NCBI RefSeq assembly: GCF_006345805.1
Contig: NC_042999.1
Span: forward strand, 44,826,001 to 44,890,000
Source: Octopus sinensis
Lineage: Eukaryota
Direction of reading: 5' to 3'
Length of the DNA: 64,000 bases
This document shows, one piece after another, positions 41,258 through 53,575 of this stretch. Made by a program: the position numbers and the translations under genes. Numbering within the stretch: the first letter of the stretch is position 1; the number at the start of each line of letters is the position of its first letter. The notes beneath the pieces are model-generated. The model had not been told where the DNA came from, did no database searches, and saw nothing but the letters and a program-made list of their open reading frames with translations.

Positions 41258-42195
41258 ACGAGGTGGTAGCAAAAGGCTCTTGAACTAGTTATGTTTGATA
41301 AAAAATAACTTATTTACCATCATCGTCTTTGAAATAGTCACCTTGCTCAGCAATACACCAGTGTTCCTGTCACTTTAGGAATCCAGCCTGGAAGTAATTT
41401 TCTGTAAGCGAATTTAGGAGCTTTGTGATTTGCTCAAGATCTTGACACTGGTGTTAAAATGGCAACCTTTGAGCTACATTTTCATCTTGAGGAAGCAATG
41501 GAGATATGTAGGTACTAAATCTGGCAAATCTGGTTAATCCAGCTGTAGAAATGAGTTGCAATGTCAAAGGTGCCAAGCTGTATTGGCCTTTGCCTTATCC
41601 CTTGGATAACATTAGTGGTGTGGAGAGGGGAGGCTGGTATGCATGGGTGACTGCTGGCCTTCCACAAACAATCTTGCCCTGACTTGTGCCTCGGAGGGTA
41701 TCTTTCTAGGTACAATCCCATGGTCATTCATGACTGAAGGGGGTCTCCTCCTCCTCAAATCTGGCAAATCTGGCAGAAGTGATACCATGTTTTTGGTGAG
41801 AAACTCACAAGTGAGAAGAACTCGGTGACAGGGTGCATTATTGTGAAGAACCCAATTCTTCGTGCTCCACAGATCTAGTTGCTTTCACCAAATGTCCTCC
41901 CCGAAATGCTTCAAAATGTAGAACTCTTCATTGATGGTCTGGCCCTAGGGGATGAATTCCCAATGCACAATACAAGAGATGTTGGAAAAAAACAAAGAGC
42001 ATGCTCTTGATTGAGCTGTGGGTATGTTGTGCCTTTTGAAATGCCCATGCTACTTGAAACATGGCATAAATCCCCTTTGCCATGTTGCTGTAAGCTTGCC
42101 CAAGCATGCTCAATGTCTCTATAGCAGACTTCCCATGTTTAACACAAAATTTCCCGTTGGCTCTTTGTTTCAACTTCCTGTCTTTAACAAAAATT
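41258..42195 (-). mobile_element. Decayed mariner with a SINE fragment (~41535-41750) inserted
   Basis: Similar to 23690-24420; ORF 41928-42251 has a mariner N-terminus (LKQRANGKFCVKHGKSAIETLSML); aaatctggcaaatctgg duplicated around the insert. Confidence 0.8.
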
Positions 42196-42199
42196 GCAC

Positions 42200-42352
42200 A
42201 CCCCAGTACGTAACTGGTACTAGTTTTATTCCCCAAAAGGATGAAGGGCAAAGTCGACCTCAGTGGAATTTGAACTCAGAACCTAATGGCAGACAAAATA
42301 CTGATAAGCATTTCACCTGGTGGGTTAATGATTCTGCCGGCTCACTGCCTTA
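42200..42352 (-). mobile_element. SINE family B fragment
   Basis: Core on the minus strand. Confidence 0.75.
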
Positions 42353-42354
42353 AT

Positions 42355-42912
42355 ATAATATAATAATATAACATAATAAAATATTTAAAATATGTGAATG
42401 TCAGTGTGTCAGTGTGTTGCACTTTTTCAACTTTACTCTTAGAGGCTGTAGCCCAACATATACCATTTTGCAATCAGGCTGACTACATGAGTAAAAAACA
42501 TTCTGGACTGAATCCAGACCCACAATCCCGAAATTTTGGATTCCCAAGTTTTCATTACTGTGATTGCTTCCAGCGAGTTTTTCCCCTTATATTTTTGTAT
42601 AATAGCAATTTTTATAATCCAAAGGCCGACTCTGTGAGTAAATAAAAAACATTCCAGGCTGAATCTGAACCTGCAATTCTGAAATTTTGGATTCCTATGC
42701 TTTCATTACTGTAATTGTTTTCGGTGATTTTTTTTACATGATTTTTTGCAACAAATATCATCATTTTTAGGATAGGACTCTGATGGAAGTAATTGCAATA
42801 AATTCTCCAAAACAAGGCAGAGATCTGTGTGCAGATCTTCCCATTCAGGGTCAGTTGCTTAAAAGCTATACAGTAATGTAAAAACCACCCTACAGGGCGG
42901 CTTTTAAGCTAG
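42355..42912 (+). mobile_element. Non-autonomous Helitron-like element
   Basis: 3' hairpin aaaaccaccc-taca-gggcggctttt followed by CTAG-t; two internal ~150-bp direct repeats. Confidence 0.65.
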
Positions 42913-42973
42913 TATATATATATGTATATTGTTGTATTAAAAAATCTTGTAAAACAAATATATATATAATATA

Positions 42974-43025
<52 letters not shown>

Positions 43026-43051
43026 GTGGTGTGTGTGTGTATATATATATA

Positions 43052-43999
43052 ATCATCATCATCATCATCATCATTTAGCGTCCGTTTTCTATGCTAGCAT
43101 GGGTTGGACGGTTCTACTGGGGTCTGTGAAGCCAGAAGGCTTCATCAGGCCCAGTCAAATCTGGCAGTGTTTCTACGGCTGGATGCCCTTCCTAACGCCA
43201 ACCACTCCGTGAGTGTAGTGGGTGCTTTTTACGTGCCACCCGCACTGGTGCCAGACAGAGCTGGCAAACGGCCACGAACGGATGGTGCTTTTTATGTGCC
43301 ACCGGCACGAGGCCAGGCGAGGCTGGCAACGGACACGAAACGGGGCGGTGCTGGCAACGGTCGCAAAACGGAAAGTTCTCTTACATGCCACCGGCACTGG
43401 TAACACATCTGCAATTTCCATTGATCGATTTCGATTCTGATCCTCACTTGCCTCAATGGGTCTTCACAAGCAGAGTTCGACATGCCACCGGCACTGGTAG
43501 CACATCCGCAATTTCCATTGATCGATTTCGATTCTGATCCTCACTTGCCTCAACACGTCTTCACAAGTAGAGTTTTGTGTCCCAAGAAGGGAAGGTATGC
43601 ATACGTAGGCTGGCTCCATCCCATGTAGAAGGCCACGGGTTGTGGACTCACTTGTCCTGCCGGGTCTTCTCGTGCACAGCACACTTCCAGAGGTCTCGGT
43701 CTCTAGTCATTTCCTCAGTGAGACCTAAAGTTCGAAGGTCGTGCTTCACCACCTCGTCCCAGGTTTTCCTGGGTCTGCCTCTTCCACAGGTTCCCTCAAC
43801 CGCTAGGGTGTGGCACTTTTTCACACAACTATCTTCATCCATTCTCGCCACATGACCATACCAGCGCAAACGTCTCTCTTGCACACCACAACTGATGCTT
43901 CTTAGGTCCAGCTTTTCTCTCAAGGTACTTACACTCTGCCGAGTGTGAGTACCGGCATTACACATCCATCGGAGCATACTGGCTTCATTTCTAGCGAGC
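43052..43999 (-). mobile_element. 5'-truncated RTE copy (same family as 18487-22215) with a ~95-bp tandem duplication in the 3' UTR
   Basis: ORF 43648-43977 nearly identical to 19013-19288; 43383-43477 repeated at 43480-43575. Confidence 0.92.
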
Positions 44000-44543
44000 T
44001 TTTAATCAATCATCAACTGCCAGATAATACCAATTCACATAATTTATTAATCAACTACATAGGAACATCCAGATCAAACACAAAAATAACAATAATAATA
44101 CAGAACAAAACAGTACACATCAATGATTGAGGTAAAACATTTTACCTTCGCCCATATAATACAATAAATGAATTAATTGCATTGCAATTCTTAGCATTTA
44201 TGTATTAGCATTTCTGGGTGCTTTACTGGCAGTATATTGGATATATGTTATCCCATAGAGGGTTACACTCACAACTCCTATCTCACTTTGTAATATATAA
44301 TATATATATATATTATATTAAATTAGAGATAAAACCACTATTAGGCAAATCATACAATGAAAAACTTAAGCCAATACATAAGATTAATTAATTTATATTA
44401 TTAAATATATATCAAAATTATTAATAGTGGTTTTATCTCTAATTTAATATAATATAATATTTTACTATAAAATTGGATTCAATCCTAAATTTGATTTTTC
44501 CCTGTAAGTTTGGATTTATCCCTAATATTTTATTATATATATA

Positions 44544-44577
<34 letters not shown>

Positions 44578-44578
<1 letters not shown>

Positions 44579-44765
44579 CGTGCCGGTGGCACGTAAAAAG
44601 CACCCACTACACTCTCGGAGTGGTTGGCATTAGGAAGGGCATCCAGCTGTAGAAACTCTGCCAAATCAAGATTGGAGCCTGGTGCAACCATCTGGTTCGT
44701 CAGCTTTCAGTCAAAATCGTCCAACCCATGCTTGCAGGGAAAGCGGACGTTAAACGATGATGATG

Positions 44766-44767
<2 letters not shown>
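44578..44767 (+). mobile_element. RTE 3' end in (TA)n
   Basis: Family similarity, (gat)n tail. Confidence 0.8.
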
Positions 44768-44816
<49 letters not shown>

Positions 44817-44837
44817 TGTGTGTGTGTGTGTGTATGA

Positions 44838-44904
<67 letters not shown>

Positions 44905-44981
44905 TGTATACATACATATATATATATATACATATAATACGTATATATAATATACATACATACATATATATATACATGTAT

Positions 44982-45038
<57 letters not shown>

Positions 45039-45269
45039 GAATTTTATTGTGTTAATTATCCATCACAGCTGGTCTTACCAATCGGTTTTGCATGAAATAT
45101 AATGGAGTGTTAAGCAACAATCCAGTTATATAATATATGTGCGCCAGAGATAGCTGATATAGAAGAGGAAACTGTGACTGTTCTCCACTGTTGGAGGTGG
45201 AAATGATTCTGACTTTTCGGCATCTCCAACTGTGGAGAATGGCCGCCATTTCCCATTCCATGTTGGCTA

Positions 45270-45350
45270 TCTCTGATGAGTGTATATTATATAATTGGTT
45301 TGTTGCCTAACACTCCATTATATAATATTGCATGAAACCGATTGGTAAGA
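45270..45350 (+). ncRNA. Type-I hammerhead ribozyme motif, intact core (decayed inverted copy ~45070-45152)
   Basis: tct-CTGATGA-gtgtatattatataat...attatataatattgcat-GAAA-ccgattgg-TA-aga; stem I extendable (tggct / agcca). Confidence 0.88.
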
Positions 45351-45500
45351 CCAGCCATGATGGATAATTAACACTATAAAATTCTGATGATATACCCACT
45401 CTACTATCCGTTATATGAGTACATCTTCTCACTGACTTATGGTCTCTTAGATGACTCAAGCACTTATATATATATACACACACACACAAATATATATATA

Positions 45501-45538
<38 letters not shown>

Positions 45539-45634
45539 GAATGTATATGTAGAGATATATGTATATAAATACATATGCATACACACATACATATACACAT
45601 AAGATTTATTATTGATATATATAATATATATATA

Positions 45635-45696
<62 letters not shown>

Positions 45697-46829
45697 CATA
45701 TATATATATACACATATACATATATAGATGCACATATACATTTGAAAAATGAATAGTAATGTTTCTCATAATTTTTTGAATCTAGAGAGAGAAAGAGAGA
45801 GAGAGAGAGGAGAGAGAGAGAGGGAAAGAGAGAGAGGGAGAGAGAGAGGGAAAGAGAGAGAGAAAGAAAGAGAGGAGAGGAAGAGAGTGAGAGAGAGGGA
45901 GAGGGAGAGAAAGGAATCATACATAAAAACAGAATGTATAGAAATTAAGTAATGCAGAGTAATTATCTTAAATAATTATCAACTAATACTTCTCTATTCT
46001 TTTGTTATTCTACAGAACATTTTTGTAAATTGTTATAAATTTTTATGGAGTAATCTTTGAACAAATTCTTAAGCTTATTTAAATGTTATACATCCAAATG
46101 TCAAACCAGTAATTCCTGCCAAGTTGTTTTTCAGTATAATTCAAGCCAATTCATTCAATATTTATATAAAAACAGTTTCATTCACTCAGATTTGAATATA
46201 TAAATATACATGCATTTTCCCTAGAGATAGAAGCTACTACAAGGGAGGTAATCATTCCTTCATAATACAAAGTGGGATTAGAAATGAGAATTTAAAATTG
46301 AAGAATTCCAAGGAAAAAGATGCATAGAATTTAAACTGGTCATGTCAGGCCCAAATATATGCAGTTTTGGTTACTTTATCTGATGAGTTGTAGCACACCT
46401 GAGCACCGTATACAATAAATTCATTATATATTATTATATTCTACATGTTTTGTGTTCAAGCCAGCCACAGCCAGCCTACTCTATAATGTCATTTGAAAAA
46501 ATAAAGCACCACATCATTGAAACCCCAAAGCTACACGAAAATACATGATTTAATCAAAACAGTATGAATAAATATGTATTACATTTGGCAAAGTAATCGG
46601 AAAGCTTAAGGGTTAATTCATAATTTTGTTTATTTATTTTGAACTTCTTACAATTTCTAATCGGTAGTGGTTGGTGCATATACCTCAGATACCAGACTAC
46701 CTGCTGCTTGGAATTGTCAGAAAGGTGATACAAAACTATCTAGCTATCAGCAGAAATACCCTTCCTCCTTTTCGTTTTTAGATTTGGTTTGCAAGATTCT
46801 TTATATGAGTTCGTGTGTTGAAGCATATT

Positions 46830-47059
46830 CTGTTGTGTCTGGGGAGAGTCATTTTCTTTTTGTGCTTTATTATGTAACACACTCACTGATAAAATTGAAA
46901 ACTATTGAAAACACCGGTAAAATTGAAAACTATTGAAAAGGTTGCAAGACGCAATGAAAATTTTAGGACAATGAAAATAAGAAAAAAGTGGAAATTTTAC
47001 CAGTGAGTGTGTTACATAATAAGGCACAAAAAGAAAATGATTCTCCCCAGACACAACAG
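46830..47059. mobile_element. MITE-like inverted repeat (~65-bp arms)
   Basis: ctgttgtgtctggggagagtcatt...cactgataaaatt / aattttaccagtgag...tccccagacacaacag. Confidence 0.75.
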
Positions 47060-47780
47060 GTTACCCTTCCTCGTGTTTAGTCCCAAATATTTAGCGCTGT
47101 TGTCTTCAGTGTTAGCATGAGGAAAAATAGGTCAGGAATGATTGTAAAGGTGTTGGAGAAGAAATGAGTAGATACATACTTTGTAAAAAAAGAAATAAGG
47201 AGACAAGATCCAACTTGGGTAAGGAATAAAGGTACAAATTCTTCTGGAGAAAGTTTAGGCAGAGAAGAACTCACTGTAGTGTGAGATCACTAAGAAAACT
47301 CAAGATAGATGAATGGGTTGTGTGAATCATAAAAATCATTTAAAGAAATGTCATTAGCAAGGAGGAAATAAACAAATATAACGAGAAATTTAGCATACAG
47401 GTTGGTGTACACCATGGCTCGTGTTTGCAGCTCCTTTCTCTTTATTATGTTTATCCAGGCCGTAACAGAGGGATTTAATATTATTTGTCAATGTGAAATT
47501 CTACATTCCAATCACCTATTATTTGTAGTTGAATCACACAAGGATTTAGAAAGGAAATTCCAAACTGGGAAGAAAAACCTTGAATTGTGAGGTCTGAACG
47601 GATTAAAATTTTAGTTAGCAGAGTAGGTGTAGGAATGGGTGTGTGGTAAGTAGGTTGCTTACGAACCACATGGTTCCAGGTTCAGTTCCACTGCATGGAA
47701 CCTTGGACAAGTGTCTTCTACTATAGGCTGACGAAAGCCTTGCGAGTGGATTTGGTAGACAGAAACTGAAAGAAGCCCAT

Positions 47781-48587
47781 TGAAGATTGAAGGCTTCGAA
47801 TGATTTGTCTGTGTTCCGTGTTCGTCCCTTCCTGTATTTCACGTTCATTATATATAAAAACATTCATTCTTATATTATTACGGCGTTACGTGCACCCCCC
47901 CGTTTGTTTGTCCAATTTTAAACCCTGCACGACTTCTATACACACTGTCTTTCCTACCCGCCATTGCTTCTTCACCAAACTATTTTGGTGCCCTCCGATT
48001 CTTCCCCCCTCTTCCTCCCATCCTCCTCCCCTCTTCCTCCCATCCTCCTTAATCCCTTCTTTCTCCTTTTCTCTTGGTCACTGATTCTGTCCCCTGCCTT
48101 CCACCCTCTTTGATTCCCTCTCTCTCTGTCTCTCTTTCTCTCTCTCTCCTGCAACCTGCTGATTCTTAACCATTCTGTTGGCCATCGTATCTTGACCAAC
48201 ATGTGTCCCCGCTACCGAAACGGTAATTATTTCTACGCCAGCTGCTATGTTGTTGTTGTTTTGTCTCATTTGGTCTAAAGTCGTATGACAACCACCGTTA
48301 TATATATTTTGTTTATTCATTACTGTTTTCAATTTCGTTTTCGTCTCTTGTATTTACATCCGTCTTGTGCGTTCACATTCCTGTCTTCTACAAGAAATCT
48401 AATGCTTACAGCTTAGTTTTTTTCTTGGGGCTGGCCGAGTTGGAGCAAATATCAGAATTGAACAGCCGAAATTTGCTATGATGATTCGGTGTCTGACTGA
48501 AGATTGAAGGCTTCGAATGATTTGTCTGTGTTCCGTGTTTGTCCCTTCCTGTATTTCACGTTCATTATATATAAAAACATTCATTCT

Positions 48588-48592
<5 letters not shown>
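47781..48592. mobile_element. Unclassified non-coding element with 95-bp terminal direct repeats
   Basis: 47781-47875 = 48498-48592 (1 mismatch); ends in (TA)n. Confidence 0.8.
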
Positions 48593-48618
<26 letters not shown>

Positions 48619-48708
48619 AGAATTTACGAAAAAAATAACAAAAGACGAAGACAGGTGGTGTACAAAACAAACAGATGTATTAGTATAACGCTCAGAAATA
48701 GAAAAAGT

Positions 48709-48744
48709 CTTTTACGTTTCGAGCCTATGCTCTTCTACAGAAAG
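48709..48744 (-). ncRNA. Ultra-minimal hammerhead-like motif (36 nt), CUGUAGA core variant
   Basis: Minus strand: cttt-CTGTAGA-a-gagc atag gctc-GAAA-cg-TA-aaag; stem III reduced to the palindrome ACGT. Confidence 0.75.
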
Positions 48745-49733
48745 GGACACAGAAGAAAAGAGAGAAACAAGGAGAGAAAAAAAATGTGTGTAGTGGCTAA
48801 CGATCGTGTGTATACATTTGTGTGTCTGTGTTTGTCCCCCCAACATCGCTTGACAACCAATACTGGTGTGTTTATGTTTCCGTAACTTAGTGGTTCGGCA
48901 AAAGAGTCCGATAGAATAAGTACTAGGCTTACAAAGAATAAGTCCTAGGGTCGATTTGCTTGACTAAAGGCGGTGCTCTAGCATGGCCATAGTCAAATGA
49001 CTGAAACAAGTAAAAGAGGGTAGATAGTAAACTAAGAAAGAGGAGTGAGTATGAATCCCATACAATGCACCGATTGCAACTATGAAGGCACAAGATGTAT
49101 AGTGGGACCATAACCAGGCTGAGAGTTAAGGTATTTTTCATACATAGAAGATGTACAGGAATAGCTAGCATTAAAAATGCTCATATCAAATTTCTGTATA
49201 TTGCTCTCCTCTTTTGGTTACTCTCTCATTTACCATTCACCCACCTATCCTATGAAATATCTCTTCTTCCTACTGTCATTCTATTTCTCTCTCATCATGA
49301 CGGTTGTATAATGAGGGTCATATCCCATTGAATCTGTCTGGATTCAGTTCCTTATATCTTTATTGCTAGTCATTGCTCTCTCTCTCCTTCTTTCCATTAT
49401 GCGGAGGCACATGCCTTAGTGGTTAGGATATTTAACTCATGGCGCAGGAGTGGCTGTGTGGTAAGTAGCTTGCTTACCAACCACATGGTTCCGGGTTCAG
49501 TCCCACTGTGTGGAACCCTGGGCAAGTGTCTTCTATTGTAGCCTTGGGCTGACCAAGGCCTTGTGAGTGGATTTGGTAATGTATGTGTGTGTGTGTGTGT
49601 GTATCATCATCACCATCATTTGATGTCTGTTGTCTATACTGGCATGGGTTGGACAGTTTGACCAGAACTGGCAAGTTGGAAGGCAGCACCAGACCCCAGT
49701 CTGATTTGACATGGTGAGACCAGAGTCTGGTGC

Positions 49734-49768
<35 letters not shown>

Positions 49769-49809
49769 ATATATAATCAAAATAAGCAACAAGAATATCT
49801 CCGGTAATT

Positions 49810-49893
49810 TGGTACGATTGTTTCACGCTACATCATTTTATTAAATATTGTAAATATTACAACAGTTTTAAAATGTTGAGCAATCATCAGCCA
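49810..49893 (-). ncRNA. Type-I hammerhead ribozyme motif, intact core, 59-nt stem II region
   Basis: Minus strand: tgg-CTGATGA-ttgctcaacatttta...taaaatgatgtagcgt-GAAA-caatcg-TA-cca. Confidence 0.8.
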
Positions 49894-50670
49894 TTAATAG
49901 AGGTTTCCCATTGATACATAATTTTCATATTAATTGATAACATTATAGAGAAGGTAGATATATAGACAAGAATGTTGGTGACATTGACTTTTGGACAGAT
50001 TAATCATCAAAATTTTGAAGTCACTATCAACAACATTCTTGTATAGGAATTATAAATTTGTACTCTGCAAAAGTATAGAGTAACCCTTCAGATTAATGTA
50101 AAATTGCTTCTTTTTTTATAACTGAACATAAAGACAAACATCATGAACATGTACAACAGGCTTCATATTGTTTCTATATGGGGCTACAGTAGAAGACATT
50201 TACTTAAGATGTCATGGAGTAGAATTGAACCTAAAACCATGTGGTTAGGAAGCAAACTTACCACACAGCCACACCTTTGCCTATTGTAATAACTCTGAAT
50301 GAATTAAGGTAGGTATAGTCTTGAATGAATGCAAAATGGCACATATACATTTCATTTTCTATACGAGCTTGTTATTGTTAAGGGATTGAACTATAAAATA
50401 ATTCTTCAAAGTGAGTAATTACCTGCTTAGTAAAGGAACAAAGTACCTGGCTGCAATTCATGTGATGATAGAGCTTTTAGATCTTGTGATTCATAAAAGC
50501 ATCCTCTTGCAGGAATTGTGAAGAAATGGTTAGGAAGCAATTTCAAGTATGTGGCAGTAGCTGAATGAGTGTGGGTGTCGTAAGCAAGTTTTCTTTACCT
50601 GTACACCTGTAGCACAGGTGTGGGTGAATCATTTTGTGTCAAGCTGCATATCTGAACATAATTTTCTGTG

Positions 50671-50767
<97 letters not shown>

Positions 50768-50922
50768 ATATATATACACACACATATATATACATATATA
50801 CATATATACATATACATATATACATATATACATATATACATCTGAGCGCCATACTAATACAATTGTTTGTTTGTACTCCACCTGCCTTCGTCTTTTGTTT
50901 ATTTTCGTCAGCTTCCCGTTAT

Positions 50923-51040
<118 letters not shown>

Positions 51041-51044
51041 TATA

Positions 51045-51268
51045 AAAGATGAAGACAGGTGGTGTACAAAACAGATGTATTAGTATAAAACTCAGGAATA
51101 GAAAATACATATATATATACATATATATATATATATTATATATATTATATATATATATAATATATATATATATAATATTATATATATATATGTATATATA
51201 TATGTATTTTCTATTCCTGAGTTTTATACTAATACATCTGTTTTGTACACCACCTGTCTTCATCTTTT
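51045..51268. repeat. Near-perfect palindrome of a PLE-like end centred on (TA)n
   Basis: aaaagatgaagacaggtggtg...gaaaatacat mirrored; homologous to 48640-48705. Confidence 0.92.
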
Positions 51269-51291
51269 GTTTTTTTTTTGTAAACTCTCCC

Positions 51292-51330
<39 letters not shown>

Positions 51331-51438
51331 AATTATAATTTAGGGTATCTAAGAGATACCTCCATGCTGGAAATAGCAGTCAAGACTTGACTGCTATTTC
51401 CAGTGTGGTGTATCTCTTAGATACCCTAAATTATAATT
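51331..51438. repeat. ~53-bp-arm hairpin with almost no spacer
   Basis: aattataatttagggtatctaagagatac...gcagtcaag-a-cttgactgc...gtatctcttagataccctaaattataatt. Confidence 0.9.
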
Positions 51439-51779
51439 TTAAATAATTATTACTTTGAAGGTTTTAATTCCCATGCTGGCCACCTGATAAGATCGGTATT
51501 TAAATATCAATCTTATCCTTAAGTATATAAATAAATATATATATATATATTGGTGGCATGTAAAAAGCACTATGTGATCATCACCACGTCACCTTACTGG
51601 CACTTGTGCCAGTGGCATGTGAAAAAATATTCGAGTGAGGTCGTAGCCAGTGCTGCTGGACTGGCTCTTGTGCAGGTGGTACATGAAAAACACCATTTGA
51701 GTGTGGCTGTTGCCAGTACTGCCTGACTGGCCTTCATGCCACAGTCTTTGGCCTGCTGATGTTTCTGTCTCTTTGGCCT

Positions 51780-52530
51780 CACACCTTGCTTCACAAATCC
51801 TGTCTTGCACAAGCTCAGTTCAGGCACTTGACCCTCTCTTGCAGCTGAAGCAACAACCTTTAGCACTAAATTATGTCTAAATGTATACCATCCAGACTGG
51901 AGTGCATTTGGGCAAGCTGACAGCATGTGTTTGAGGCTGCCATACTTCCCGTACAAGTGGCACTGTGGACTCTCTTGGATACCCCATTTTTTGAGATTTG
52001 CTGGAGACGTATGCACATCATATGCAGTCTGGATCAGAGCTTTCAAATGCCCTGCACTGAAACACCACCAATCAGACCGCTTCAACTCAAGCTTTTTGAC
52101 ACCATCCCAATTCAGCCACCAACCCTGCTCTGCTAGTTGCACTGCATGACCCAGATGCCTCTCATCTTCCAGCTGCCTTACTTGTTGTTCATGTAGCTTC
52201 TGCTGTTCTTGTTTACTTGACTCAGACCAATACTGCTCTCTCTTGACAAGCCCCACACCAGCCCTGCCATCTATCATCACTCCACATGCTCCAGCATCCT
52301 GAGCCATCTCATCAAGCTTTTGCATCACCTCAGTGACCTTCCATTTCCTACCAGTGTTCAAATCTGGTGGATTGTCCTGGACCACAGTGTCTCTCAACTC
52401 AGACAGCATCGATTGTTGCAGACGCACCTTGGAGACCTTGTACTCCTCCACTAGTGACATCAAGGGCAACTGGAGCATACCCCGGTTGCCAAAAAGGGTG
52501 ACAGATGAAAGGCACTTCGAAAGATGAAAG
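51780..52530 (-). mobile_element. HERO-clade (R2-like, RLE) retrotransposon fragment, post-RT region through the zinc knuckle
   Basis: LQLP.MSLVEEYKVSK, TGRKWK, GRAGVG, QGWWLNW, AYDV..SPANL..WG, CHLY..YGSLKHMLSAC, YTFRHNLVL in ORF 51594-52697. Confidence 0.85.
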
Positions 52531-53525
52531 CAGAAATTCCATTTGGTTTCAATTCCAATTGAAACACCATTTACACTGGTGTACCCAGTGCAAGCTATGG
52601 ACACACAAGAGGTGCAGCGGACTAGCTGGAAGGTTAACAGAGAAAGTATTGTTTGTATGTGGAAGATGCATAGAAGCCATAAAGACCATAGATACATGGG
52701 AAACTGATTTCCTCAAATGTCCCAGAGGTTCTCTGGAAGTAGTAGATAATTTCTGCTATCTAAGTGACCTAATTAGCAGTGAAGGAGGATATACTGAAAG
52801 TGTAATTGCTAGAATAAGATGGAGAAAGTTCAGAGAGCTTTTTTCTCTGTTGGCAACCAAAGGTTTTTCTATCTAAGTGTTAAGACGAGTGTATGAAGCA
52901 TGTGTTTGAACTGCAATATTATATGGTAGAGAGACATGGGCTCAGAATGCAGAGGACATGTGAAGACGAGAGAGGAACGAATTTGGTATGCTAGACTGTG
53001 ACAGAGTATCTAGGCATAAGAGGAATGATGTGCAGTATGCAAGAGAGAAGGCTGTGATGGTTTGGTCATGTGATGCAGACAGATGAAGATAGTTGCATAA
53101 AGGAATGCTGATCACTTGAAATGGATGGAAGTTGTGGAAGAGGGAAATCCAGGAAGTCATTTGATGAAGTAGTATTGAAAGCTGACCTCAAAATGCTGAG
53201 CCCTATGAAGGAGATGACAAAGGATTGAGATATATGGTGCTTATGCTGCATTCAAGAAGGCCCATTCACCACAACAATATTGATGTCCTGATACCACAGT
53301 GCCACATGAAAAGAACTCATGTTGGTGGAACATAAAAAGCATTGGTGCTGGTGCCATCTAAAAAACATCCAGTACACTCTATGAAGTAGTCGGAGTTTGG
53401 AAGGGCAACCAGACGTCGAAACTATGCCAAAACACAGTCAGGCCTGTTGCCAGCACCTGTGAAGCCATCCAACCCATGCTAGCATAAAAAATGGACGCTA
53501 AAGGATGATAATGAAGATAATGATA
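52530..53525 (+). mobile_element. Older decayed RTE 3' portion
   Basis: CTQCKLWTHKRCSG...FVCGRC, VDNFCYLSD, WRKFREL; 3' UTR and (gat)n-like tail. Confidence 0.85.
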
Positions 53526-53575
53526 TATATATAAATATATATAAAGGAAAAGAGATGCATATATATATATATATA

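Larger units (their letters stand above)
47625..49018 (+). mobile_element. SINE A split by two inserts (47781-48592 and ~48615-48806)
   Basis: 5' half 47625-47780, 3' half ~48815-49018. Confidence 0.8.
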
